A DNA stretch of 64,000 nt, taken from contig JAAILG010000990.1 of the NCBI GenBank assembly GCA_012026655.1, positions 1 through 64,000 of the forward strand. The letters run 5' to 3'. The translations under genes were made by a program, and so were the position numbers. Position 1 is the stretch's first letter. Each line of letters starts with the position of its first letter. The stretch is from Hydrolagus affinis (Eukaryota). The notes beneath the pieces are model-generated. The model was not told where the DNA came from. It searched no databases and saw nothing but the letters and a program-made list of their open reading frames with translations. Positions 1-12,129 of this stretch are shown here, one piece after another.

Positions 1-280
1 CGACGCTGGCGAGAGCCCGCGGCCACAACAACACCACCCGAGGCCGAGGCCTCGCCGCGCACTTCACTCTCGGCCTCACCTCTGTCTCTGAGGCCGCGGC
101 TCCGAGCCTCGCTACCGCAGCCCGATCCTCATCACCGCTAACCCGCGGCGCCTTCAGCCCAACCCTGAGCCGACAACAACCCCGAGATCCCGACTCTGCC
201 GACCCGACTTCACCACACGGCTGGGCCCGAGTCTCAGCGCCACATGTCGCCGAGTAACTGACTGCGAGCGGGGGAGGGAG
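1..280 (-). promoter_or_regulatory. CpG island with probable non-coding first exon (~80-270, minus strand) of the next gene, likely SCAF11 by synteny
   Basis: Very GC/CpG-rich compared with the rest of the window. Minus-strand donor GAG|gtgag at 80/79. Gene identity inferred only from the mammalian order SCAF11-SLC38A1-SLC38A2, all on one strand. Confidence 0.5.
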
Positions 281-590
281 ACACTGTACTACTCGCTCCC
301 GCCACCGAGCGACGCTGTGTACACTGCACTACCAGCCCCCACCACCGAGCGGCGCTCTGTGTACTGCAGTACCAGCCCCCGCCACCGAGCGGCGCGGTGT
401 ACACTGCACTACCAGCCCCCGCCACGAGAGGCACCATGTACATTGCCCTACCCACCCAAGCCACCGAGAGGCGCTGTGTACACTGCACTAACAGCCTCCA
501 CCACCGAGAGCGCTGTGTACACTGCCCTACCCACCCAAGCCACCGAGTGGCGCTGCACTACCCGCCATCGAGCGACACTGCACTAACCCA
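281..590. repeat. GC-rich minisatellite, ~7 units of ~40 bp (ACACTGCACTACCAGCCCCCGCCACCGAGCGGCGCTGTGT)
   Basis: Units start at 281, 321, 361, 401, 440, 480 and 519, then degenerate to ~590. Confidence 0.92.
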
Positions 591-854
591 GTATTCGTCC
601 TGGCCTCAGACTGACGGTACGGTTTCGGTCGGCAGGCGGCGTTGTGGAGACTGGCCACTGAGTGGCGCTGTGGAGACGTGAACGAGCTGTCAACACCGCC
701 ACCTGCTGCTCGCTGGTGGCAACTACAAGAAACTGAGCAATGGGTGTCTGTCTGCCTTTTTCCCAAACTAAATACATTTTATATTAATATTTGATGGCAG
801 ACAGCAAACTTCTATGATTAGAATTCTGACCAACGATGTGTCAGCCTGGCACAG

Positions 855-882
<28 letters not shown>
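855..882. repeat. (CT)n microsatellite inside a SINE head remnant
   Basis: Direct reading of the sequence. Confidence 0.85.
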
Positions 883-885
<3 letters not shown>

Positions 886-949
886 CTCCGAATCAGAAGG
901 TTGTGGGTCCACGTCTGAATTATTGTAATTATTAATATTCTTAATTAAT

Positions 950-1182
950 TATCTGAGTTGAGGAAACATTTCCTATGTGGACTTATGGAATTCTCTACCC
1001 CAGAAGGCTGTGGATGTTCAGTCATTGAACATATTCAAGACGTCGATGTCAGTCGATAGTTTTTCTTAAAAGCTAAAGGGTTTAAGGGATATGGGGAGAG
1101 GGCGGGTGAGTGGAATTGGATAGAAGATCAGCCACAATCCTATTAAATGGCTCGAGGGGCCTCCTATTTCTAATGTTCGTAG
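950..1182 (+). mobile_element. CR1-type LINE 3' end fragment
   Basis: Typical CR1 3' sequence (tggaattctctaccccagaaggctgtgga...aagggatatgggga...gatcagcca...ggctcgagggg). Similar to 49205-49355. Confidence 0.7.
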
Positions 1183-2192
1183 TTGCTTTTTTTTGTGTGG
1201 GAATCATTCCCCTTCAGCTTCCCCAGGACGTTTACATCCGTTTCCTTCTACCCGGGCCCATGTACCTTCATTTCATTTCACAAGGTGCCTCTTATCAATA
1301 CATTGCAACCGTCATCACAATGTTGACCATCACAATGGCCTTGTGATGCTTAACGATCCCCCAAATAAAAGTGGTCAGTCACTCTCCGCCTGCCGGGTGC
1401 CATGGATGTGTGCAAATTGGCTGCCACATTTGCATACAAACTACACTGTGGCTACACAGAGCTGTATAACCTCTATCAAATGGAAGGATTATTGTTATTG
1501 TAGATGTTGTTGGTAAACACATTGATTCGCTTATCCTCAACTGTTAGAGATGTGTTTGTGTGTTTTACTGGAGCAGTCCTGGACTGTTGAGGGACAAAGG
1601 ATTCAACAGCAAGAGAAGGTTTCACCGTAAAGTAATACTTTCTCTTACAGAGGTGCAGTGTTCTCATACAAAATTACATTTGTAAAGCATGTTTCATGTT
1701 GGGACGCAAATAGTGTACAGTACTACACTAGTAGAGAAGCAGAGGCTTTCTCACTGCTCTTGCCGTAAACATATTGTTCTTTTAACTTCCAGATCTGCAA
1801 CTGTATCAGTTGTTTGCAAGGAGATAGAACCATCAAGCAAATAGATGGAACATTTATACTTAGAGCACAGGATAATTACACGCTGTATCCTACTATCCTG
1901 GAGGAACAGCTTATCCAGTCTAGCTGTAGTGCTTTACTCATGAGGATTAAAAGATTCACCAATTGAGTTGGGGAGCTGGCAGCTGATGCAATGTTGCCCT
2001 ATGATTACATATTGTTCAGACGGGCTAAGCTGCGGGGAAACTCGCCACTTCAAGGAAAAGAGAAGTGGAGGCCAAAGATCTTGTCTATTTATACAGTAGT
2101 TTGCAAATTGAGCAAACTTGGAAGCAGTTGACACATTCAGCAGACAAAGAAAAAATTAGACAAGTCTATTAGTAACCAGCATTAATTAATGT

Positions 2193-2540
2193 GAATCCCG
2201 TAGCTAAGAAATTACAGCAAACGAGAGGACCTGGCTTTGATTCCTGACAGGGGGAAACGTTGGGCAAGTTTCTTTACTCCACACACCTCTGTTCACCTCG
2301 CAATAAGTAGGAACCCAATTGTCAGTCGATTGATGGATCGTTTTTCCAGGGGTAATAATTACTTTTTTTTTAAATGGTCACTTAATCCATGACTGTTTGT
2401 GGGATACTGCCGTGTGGAATTGGCTGCCACGTTTCACCCACAAAATATAATCACTTCACCTCACCGTATATTCTGGGAAGCACTTTGCGATGTCTTCAAG
2501 TCATGCTAAGGTGCTATATAAACTGCCAGGACTATTATTA
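2193..2540 (+). mobile_element. tRNA-head Deu-type SINE with L2-like tail
   Basis: Degenerate tRNA head, core gactgtttgtgggatactgc..tggctgcc, tail gtgctatata..(tta)n. Homologous to the copies at 25158, 44430 and 58621. Confidence 0.8.
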
Positions 2541-3489
2541 ACAGTTTTACTAAATGTATTTATCTTCCAATATATCCTTGGTTTGATTACCTAATAGGCG
2601 CATCTCCATGTACACATGTGACTATCTGAAAATTGGTAATATGATCACTAGGAATTCAGCCCAATCAAGAATCTTTTTGAGTTTCAACAAATTTTCATTT
2701 TTCTAAACTAAACAGTGAAACAAAAACTTTCCAGCACATTTCCTAAGCTCCATATCATTGTCAGATGCAATGCAAGAGGATGATCTTCTGTGAGGCAGTT
2801 TAGGCAGAAGTGTCTATGATTTACAACAACAACTTGCATTTATATAGCGCCCGTCATGCAGGGTAGTGTCCCAAAGCACTATCCTGAAGAGGTTTACAGT
2901 GTCTTCAACATTAGAGACCAACAATAATCACTGCAAGCCATTAGAAGCTGATTAATCTAATCACGGGGGACTGCAGTATAACCATCCAGTTACACTATAT
3001 AAATGATTTCAGTGTTTAAACACTGGAAGCAAATTAGCTGGAATGCTTGAGCACTGCAAACTGCTGAGAGAAGCACATTATTCCAGCTGCAGGGAGGAGT
3101 AATCAGCTGTAACTTGTCCAGACCTGTCTTGTCCAATTTGCAGTGAGATTCACTGATTGTTGGACAAAATGTCATCTTTCTGTGTCTCAAAGTAGCACTG
3201 TCTCTCAGCATGGCTTTGCAAAAACCATATACTATATGAAATAAATGACACTGGCTGCATTTCTCTGACCCTGATAAATGCATACATTGTCCAAAAAAAT
3301 GTAAAAAACAATTACAGGTTAATAGTGTAGAATGTTAAGAAGGGATATAATAGAAGCCTTCAAAATTTTGAAAGGTTTTGAGAGGATGGTCACTGAAAGG
3401 TAATTCCTTCCAATTGGTGAATCAACCTTGAGGAGACATCGATTCTGAATTATCACTGGAAATGTTGAAGCAGAAGGTTTTTTAAGCAG

Positions 3490-3880
3490 TAAGTATCAGC
3501 TTGGCTCAATTGATAGCAATCTTGCTCTGAGTCAAAAGGTTGTAGGTTTAATGCAGTGCTTACTTATGATGCGCTGTTATCAGAGATGCCATCCTTTGGA
3601 TGATAAATTAGACTGAGGTCACATTGCCCGTTTAGGTGGAGATTGGCACTATTTGAAAAAATAAAAGGAAGTTTAATTCTGGCATCCTGGTTAACAATTC
3701 CCCCCCCTCCCTCCACCCAATAAAATTGATCACTTACTTGATGACTGTTTGTGGGACATTGATGTACATGTAGCTGTTTGCCTTGTCTACCCACAGTCAC
3801 AATATATCCTGTGAAAAGCCTTTGGGACTACCCTTCCCTGTTGTGAAAGACACTGTATCAAATGCAAGAATTATTATTCC
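3490..3880 (+). mobile_element. Older Deu-domain SINE (SacSINE1-like)
   Basis: Head agcttggctcaattgatagc..tgagtcaaaaggttgtaggtt, Deu-like body and shared tail atcaaatgcaagaattatt. Confidence 0.6.
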
Positions 3881-5487
3881 ATAGACTGAAACAATTGCTT
3901 ATGATTTTAAATTGTCCCTTTGCCTTTAATGTGACGAGTTTAGTTATCTGTGTCACTATAACACTAGTTTGTTTCATTGCTGAACCTCTTTCAGAGCTTG
4001 CGTCAGGCATACCCTTAGAGATAGAGAAACATCCACTTTTTAGTGATGGAATCCTGTTTTTTTCATTATTGGATGTTCAATCTGTGTCCCTTTGTACATC
4101 ATTCAGTCTCTTGTGGTAGTTTGAGTACTGCGTTTATTTTTAGGATTCTTTCTATCACGCGGCTCTGTAAACTGTAATAGCATGATCCCAGGAGCCAAAA
4201 ATAGCCTTTACGGTTTGATGAGAAACTCTACCTCAGTCGCTATGAACCGTGGTTCACATGTTAATGTGATTACTGCTATTTTCCTGTCTTTACTCCCAAC
4301 GGACAGAGTGGCTGAGAAAGTTCAAACAGGTCCAAATCAGGTAGTGAAGCTGCTTGGGTCAAAAATGCTGTGATTTCTAATAAGATTCCTCAAGTAAAGA
4401 AACTGAGTGAGAATTTCTAGAAACAAGAAGGGTGTCTGTTCCCCACCTCATGCCGACTAGTCAGAAGTTTGCTCCCAAAACAGTTTGTTGCAGTAGGATT
4501 CCCGTAAGACCAAATAAAATTGGACACTCACTTCACGGCCATTTGTGAGACACTGCAGTGTGCAAGTTGTCTGTCGCATTTGCCTACAAATACACCTTCA
4601 CTATTTACAGCTCTACATTGGGGGGATGGGGATGGGGGTGGGAGGAACCTCCTTCTAGGTGAGTCCCCTTGGGCTGAACTGGCTCCAAAATGCCGCGTTC
4701 AGCAAAAGACTATTAGAATCAAGTCAACCCTCTGTGGTGATATCTTGGTGGGTCTGCAGTACTCTAGGGCACTGCTCATGACTGCCTAGCTGGACCTGAA
4801 TAGGCAGGTCAATCACCGGGGGCAGAGACACTGTACACCAGGCTCCCATTAACCCTGTAAACCAACGCCTTAGTGGGTAGGGGTGGTCCTGGCTGGACAA
4901 GCAGCAGGGAAGCTTAATAGACAATGCTCTCAATGACAAGCTATGCAGTTTTAATTGGTTAGACTCCAGCAGGACCCCAAATTCCTGGGCACATTTTGGC
5001 ATCTCCAAGCCCTGACGCTTGCCAACCTGTGCCTACTACTTTTTGGAACTAAATAGGCAGGATACATCTAACCAGTGTGAGAGTGCATATTCCATTTCCA
5101 GTAAATATCTTGGAAGTTTCCAGGTATAGATGGAATGTATGGAACTCCCAGTTTGGATTGGATACTCATGATGTGTTTTCACACTTGTCAGACACCCAGC
5201 CGACCGAAACAAATTCCTGTGAAGAGCTTTGAAATGTCTCGACAGTGTGATAAGGCTCATTATTAAATGCAAAGATTATTAAGGATTTAACTCAGTGTGT
5301 CACATTGCTAATATTCTTAATTAAGCAATTGGGTTAGAAATTGCCATATATTAGATTCTGACCTACAAAGCTCATTGGTAATGACACAATTGGAAAATTT
5401 GTGATTTAATTTATGATATTTCTTAACAGGATTCCTATCCAGTATTACATCTTGGCAGCCAGTGAGAATTGTGTTTCAACCAATATT

Positions 5488-5700
5488 GAGTCCTGTAGCT
5501 CAGTGATCAGAGCACTCGCCTTGGAAGCAAGAGACCTGGGTTTGATTCCAAGCAAGTTGAAACCTTGGGCAAGTTTCCTTACTCCACATGCCTGATAATA
5601 ATCCCCAAAAAAAACAATAATAAATTGATCGTTTTCAATCTATGACTGTTTGTGGGACACTGCTGTGTGCAATTGCCTGCCTGTGTGCCCTGCTGAGGGA
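5488..5700 (+). mobile_element. tRNA-head SINE, 5' part
   Basis: gagtcctgtagctcagtgatcagagcactcgcc..gggtttgattcc head plus core. Confidence 0.75.
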
Positions 5701-8159
5701 TGCACTTATTGTCAATATTGTCAAATCAAAGCAATAACATTGGGTAAAACGTACAAGTTACTTCAGGTGCCTGCCATTCACTCATCATCAGCCACATCTT
5801 CACAAAGCACTTCCCTCAGTGAAATCTGACAACATTTCCCATTAAACACCTTGGGATGTTTTGGTGTGATAAGATGCCATAAAAGTGCAAGTTTATTACT
5901 ATTTTAATTTATTACTACCTTGTTTCTTATTAGTTTCCATTAAAGTTAGCGTGTCTAATTTCCTGGATTGGCAATAAAATGTTCATAAAATACTCATACG
6001 ATTGTGTGAGTACTCATCCCTGGAGAAATGGTAAACTGCAGCACATATCAGGATGTGCTACTTGATTGTCAATGTGAGGTAGCGAATACAATCATCATTT
6101 TGATATCCTGAGGATACAATATTAGAGAAAAATGCTGAATAATGTAATACCTATATTACATTATTAATTTTATGTCAAAAAGGAAGTTGAGTTTTCTAGA
6201 TGAATGATTGCTGCTTGATAGCAGTTTATGTGTGAACCTTGCACTTCTTCAGTTCGCCATTTTCTTTTAAAAGGTTATTTACAAGGTTCAGAATGATCTC
6301 AGCTACACTTAGTGATACAATGCGTGTGGAAGCCCATGACCATATAGATTTGGTATTGAAAAAGTAATGGCATTTATGGTAAAACAAAAAATGGACCAGT
6401 CATGACCAATAATGTCATCTGTACTCTAAAAATTACATTTAAATGGAATTAAACCAAAGATCTGTGTCAGCATATAAAATGCACATTAAATTTCACCAAA
6501 TTATGTCCCAAACTGGCTTTACCTTTATTAATACTGCATTTAGTACATCAGTTCCAAAGAAATATACAGAAACAAATAACAATTATTAACTCAGATTACT
6601 CTCTGTTATGTTTTGCTTCATGTGCAACCGCAATGGTTACATTTAAGTTGACGTGAAGTAAATATTGTGAGAGTAGAAGCTCAAATGTTAATTTGTTATT
6701 TCCTTTCTCTGTGGTTCTTCTAAGAATTGATTTGATAAAATTCACTGCATTGTGTTAAAACTTCCTGTTGAAGTGTTGAACTTCTGTTCTACATTTTAAA
6801 AATGTACAGAGGAATTCTTTTGCTGATTAATTTTGAAAATTAATGTTTTGGATGTTGACTATTGTAAAAAGAATGGGGGAAATTTTTTTTGTAGAATTAC
6901 ATAACATCTTAATAGAATTACATTTTCAGAATAAATTGAAATAGAAACATTTGAGCAGGTTTTGAAGGCCGGAAAAACTGCACAATCTTCAATCAACATT
7001 TTTTTCCCGCAAGTGTGACACGCTTCTGATAAACAGGCATCTATTTTAAGTAGAAAACATTGATCAGAACCAGAGGGTTTCTTATTTAGCTAGCTAAAAA
7101 AAAACTTAATGAAATAGCTGTTTATCGTCTTCATCATCTTTTATACCTCTTGAAGAACCATCTCGGATCAGAATCAGATGTTGTTCGTAGCGAGAGCTGT
7201 TATAGGCAGGGCTAACTGTTTCTCAACAAGGCAAATTAGAGAGATGGCGGGGAGGGCCAAGGTTGAGGGAAATCAGCACCAGTAATAAATAATGAAATTG
7301 CGGCTACTTCGGAAAAACTGAACAAATGAATTGTCCGTGGCCATCGCAGCAGCCTCAGACACTGGTACAGACATGAAAGCATATGACTGGAAAAGTTTTT
7401 TTTTTACCCAATAATTTCTTTCTTTCTGATTGTTCAGACCCCTGTCTTCTCACCACATCCCATATTCCTTTCTCTTTAGAACTTTCTGTGCGTGGGTCAA
7501 AAGATTAGCAGTCATCCTCACTGACATTCCCAATGAAACCACTTTGAAACCAAAGTGAATCCTTGGCATCGCTGAAATTCAGGTTATAGGTGACATTTTG
7601 CTTCGCAACTAAACAACAGACAATTTGCACACAGCAAATAGATCGAATGGAGTCAAAATCAATTGATTCGTTTTTGAAAGTAAGAGCTATGTTCCACTGG
7701 TACTGAAAGGGACAGTACTGTATGTCTTTACTGTGAGTAGAGTTGCAAACATTGATGCTGCTGTTTTACTGCTGGTGACATATGGTGCTAAATTCATGAT
7801 AAAACTGATACTTAAAATCCCTACCAATTAAAATATATCTATCATTGGATACAGTCCATAATCCCTGTCAAACACCATCTTCAACACTGGCAGTGAGCAG
7901 ACTGCAGCTGTGCGTTCCTACTTACCCGTAGTTTAACCTTGTTTCCCAGGCAACTGGTGATGTAGGGAAAGACTGCCAGATTCTCATGACTCTTACTGTA
8001 CCTGACCAGGAGCAGCGGAGGGAGACATGATCAGCTGGGTTGAGAGTGCGCGGCTGAAAGTATTTATCAATTATTTAGAAGAGCAATGCCCCTGGGTTGA
8101 ATGAAGATTACAGTTCAGAATGAATGAATATTGCATAAAACTTCTTGACTGAATTTTCT

Positions 8160-8450
8160 GTTTGGAGGCCTGCGAAGGTGAGGACCAGGATCTTGAACTG
8201 TATCCTCTGAGTGATGGGGAGCCAGTGGAGTCAGGTGAGGATGTGGGTGATAGGGTCTTGGTGCTTGGTATGGGAGAGGGGTTTGTGTGGTCAAACCTGG
8301 ATATGATGAATGTGTGGATGAGGGTCTCGGTGGCCGGTGGCGATAGACAGTGGCAGAACTGGGCAATATTGCGGAGATGGGGGAAGCCAGAGTGGATCAT
8401 GGTACAGATATGGGGAATGAAGGTCATTTGAGGGTCAAATAGGACAACCT
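8160..8450 (-). mobile_element. L2 LINE ORF2 fragment
   Basis: Minus-strand translation HLRNIAQF..ETLIHTFIISRFD matches the L2 ORF2 C-terminal region. Confidence 0.8.
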
Positions 8451-9081
8451 GTTAGTGTAATGTTAGTAGATGAAACTCTTAAAGATGTGGAAGTTCTGGC
8501 AGTTAGATATGGATGGATTTCTGGGTTTCAGAATCTCTTGTGTGGACCATTGGAAGTTACATTTCATTCAAGATTGGGCTCTGGTGTACTAATTTGCTGT
8601 GACATGCATTGGTGACATGTTTTTGCTGCAGAGTTTCACAGTACAGTGCTGGGGAGTGCTGTATTGTTGGAAGTAGCTTTCTTTAGATGAGACATGGCAC
8701 CATTCAAAAACAGAAGAGAATTTTGCCTAGTATCATTGGCCAACAAGTTAAAACTGGTCATTCACTGCATGGGTGTTTGTGGAATATACTGTATGCAAAC
8801 TGACTATACCATACAGTAAATCCTGTGAAGTGCTTGGAGACATTTTGATTATGTGATAAGGGACTATATCAAATGAATGGATTAATGATCAATTGAGGAC
8901 ACTTTTTAAGGCAGTTTTGTTTATACGCAATTGGGCCCAAAATCTAACATTCACCAACAGGATACGCACCTAACCGATGGGGCAAAATATGTCAGTCTGT
9001 TTACAAGATTTAACATTACAACAAGTTTCCATTGCATGCAAACACTACTAAGCCTGATTTATTTTCACAAGACTCTCCAGG

Positions 9082-9390
9082 TCACATTTGTATAGCGTGT
9101 TTCACATTGGGAGGATGCCTCAAGGTGCTAGACAGTTTCGGACCCAAGCTAGGGGTCAGGATCGGGGAGGGTGGAAGGCGGGGTGGGGAAGGAGGGTGAT
9201 CAAAGGCATTGTCGAAGAGGAGGGTCTTGAGATAGGCCTTGTAGGCAAGGGAGGGGACGAGGTGGAGGGACTGCAGAATGGTGTTCCAGAGGGTGGGGGC
9301 AGAGTGGCTGAAGGCCAATGGTGGGGCTTGTGAGGTGGGGATGTGAAGGCAGCTGGAGCCCATTGAGTGGGTTAGCAGGTCATAGAGGTA
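9082..9390 (-). mobile_element. L2 LINE 3' end
   Basis: AFSHSAPTLWN..YLKTLLF followed by the L2 3' tail. Confidence 0.8.
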
Positions 9391-11799
9391 GAGCTGCCTA
9401 AAATGAAAAGGCTAAATTTGTTTATAAATTGAAAATTGTACTATATGGATATAAAAAAGAATAGCACAAAAAATTGTTAACACGTTTTTAGCTGAACTCC
9501 TCAAGCACATAGAAAATGTCAACAGTTGAAACTGAATAAGCAGCTTCCTAGATTCATATGACAGTACCCTCAAGGTCATCGAATCATTGAAAGTACTTGC
9601 CAGAAATAAATCTGTATTTTTCCAACATGCATGTTCCTGACAGTTTCAAATCTCTTCACAGAAATGATTAATTCCTACTAATCATTGTCAAATTCATGAT
9701 AAAGTAAAACATATTTCATATAAGAGGATTCATGTCATATCCTTTTGAACAATTAAGATACATTCAGTTTACTAATACAAAAATATTTTTTTTGTACACA
9801 TATTCTGGTCCATCTAAGATGAAATGGAGAAAAAACTTTTTTTTTTAGTAAATTACAATGCCATTTTTCTCAACAACATAATTATCAAATTTGTGCACCT
9901 TAGGAAACTATAGAAAATTAAAACCTCTACCTTTTTGGATCAAAGGTGCATTTGACCAAAGACCCAGTTCCTATCCCTCTCAATTCATGTTACACAGCAC
10001 ATTTTCCTGTAGTTTTTCTTTGCATTCACTGAAACTCAACTTATTGTTGTAGTAATATAAAAGATCTTTTGATCGTCCACACAAATCGTGCCCTGCATTA
10101 TGACACAAAATTATGCTGACAAAGGACAGGTTATACTATCCCATCAGACAATATCTGGGCCTGGGCAACAACAAAGCATATATACAGTTTATTAGTGGAC
10201 TATTAACAGTCAATCAAAAGTATCTCTCAAATATTTGCCCACAAATATCCTACATTCTTTTTCAAAACTTTAAAGTGTCATCGAGTCAGGTTTGGCCACA
10301 TGTGTGCCAATACTTTGAAGGTAAAGTGTTCTAACAGTTGCACATTTAACACTAACTATTGGAAAGAACAATACTAGGCTCACATTCCACTGGTTGGTAA
10401 ATATTAAAATGCCTTTTCAGTGGGGAAATCCAATCTTAAGTATGCGGTCAATCATAAAATATTGCGGCACAAAAGGGGGCCATTTGGCCTATCGAGTCTG
10501 TGAAATAATTTTTCAATGCAGCAGAATCTCACCACATGAACTACCGGTAAGCCTCACAGGAAATAACAGATTTGAGTGTACAAGAACTTCGGCAGCTTAT
10601 ATGCAAAAACACTTTAGAGTTGAGTGACTTTATCTTAAAAAAAATGCATTTTTTTAATGAGCAGCTATGTACATAGTTCCTGCTCCTCCTCCCCATTTTC
10701 TGATGATGTATTTACAGGGAGATAATTTCTAGCTAATGGCACATTGGCTTCAGTATCTTAGGATGTCCTCCCGACATGAAAGGCGCTATACAATTATAAC
10801 AATTGTTGTTGTTGTAGAATCTAAGCTATGGAATATTCTGACCGAGCTGTCTCGATGGGCTGAGTAGTTTATTTTGTTCTTAACTTTGTATTTCAAGTTT
10901 TCCCAATATCTGAACATTTTGCTTAGGTTATACAGGCTGTGTTCAGTTCTGTTGCTATGCAATACTTTCAAAAAAGTATTTCCCAGTGCAAGAGAATTTT
11001 TATGATCCCATTTCTCTTAGCAGATCTGCACTAATTTGTAGATTTATATAGTGCTAGCTGTACCCATTTCAGCAGCATTGCAACTGAAGGATCCAATATG
11101 GGAAGTAGATTGACACACAGTTAGACACACATTTCTTCTTTATATTACTCATCTGGGAGGACTTTTGTGGTAACTCATTATAGCACGCAGTCGCAGCACT
11201 GAAGTGCAGCTGAGCTTTGTTCTTCAGTTTTATTTAATGGGCCTTCTCTCTTTTGTCTAGGATTTTTACTTATCCTTGAAAGGTTTGATTTCTTGCTAAG
11301 GCATCTTTATAATGATGAATATAAATGTATCATTTATAATCTTTAAAGGGCCTGAAAGGCACTTTAAAAATGTAATTTTGTTGTTGTTGCCGAGGCTTAG
11401 CTTTGTTTGTGTTCTTTATTTTGTTCCTGCCACCACTTGGCTGGATACAACAAATAACAAAATTACACTTATATAGCGCCTTTCATGTCGGGAGGACGTC
11501 CCAAGGTTCTGGACCCCGTGATGCAGGATGCCACAGCGCCACAGGGTGTAAATGCAGTGAAAAACGCAAAACCAAAATGCCTTTTAGGTCATAACTTTCT
11601 CATTCCCTAAATCAAATATGCCCATGTTACTCCTAGTGCAAGACCTTTCCGATGAAGTCACATCTCAACATCAATCGGTTATTGAGATCCTTCTTGAAGC
11701 GCACACAGAGTCATCTTCTTAGTTATAGATAAGACAGATGCCAGTTGCGTTTCATTAAAATACCTGATGCCTGGGTCAAATCTCCTTGGCATAACAGCA

Positions 11800-12062
11800 C
11801 CCATTGCCTCCTCCTTGCCCCTCAAATCCTCAGCTCCATCATCATGCCTTCAGCCACTATGCCCCGAGGCTCTGGAACTCCCTTCCTCACTCCCTTCTCC
11901 TCGCCCCCCTCTCTTCCTATTTTCAGGTCTCGGCTAAAGATCTTTAACAGTGCTTTCTTTTTCCCCCACCCACTGGCTCGGCTACGGGATCCGTTATTGG
12001 GAAACGCTCTGAGATGCCATCCGGCGTAGAGGGCGCTATATAAATCCAAGTTGTTGTTGTTG
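11800..12062 (+). mobile_element. L2 LINE 3' end with (GTT)n tail
   Basis: gccttcagccactatgccccgaggctctggaactcc..; tail gcgctatataaatccaag(ttg)n. Confidence 0.8.
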
Positions 12063-12123
12063 TTATTACTGATTGTAGTGGCGCAGAAATCATTAGCAGA
12101 AGAATGGTGGTTTAAAACAGATC

Positions 12124-12129
12124 TTTATT
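12124..12129 (-). terminator. Candidate polyadenylation signal AATAAA of the SLC38A1-like gene (alternative at 12804-12809)
   Basis: tttatt on the + strand, ~1.7 kb past the stop codon. No transcript evidence. Confidence 0.35.

Noticed and set aside
281-590. CRISPR-like regular repeat spacing
   Set aside because: Contiguous tandem units without unique spacers, in a vertebrate context with no cas genes.
234-777. Overlapping ORFs on both strands
   Set aside because: They are products of the GC-rich 40-bp minisatellite and have no protein-like features.
6000-7800. Repeat-poor intergenic block that might hold an enhancer or exon
   Set aside because: I found no ORF, splice pattern or distinctive motif that I can support without conservation data.
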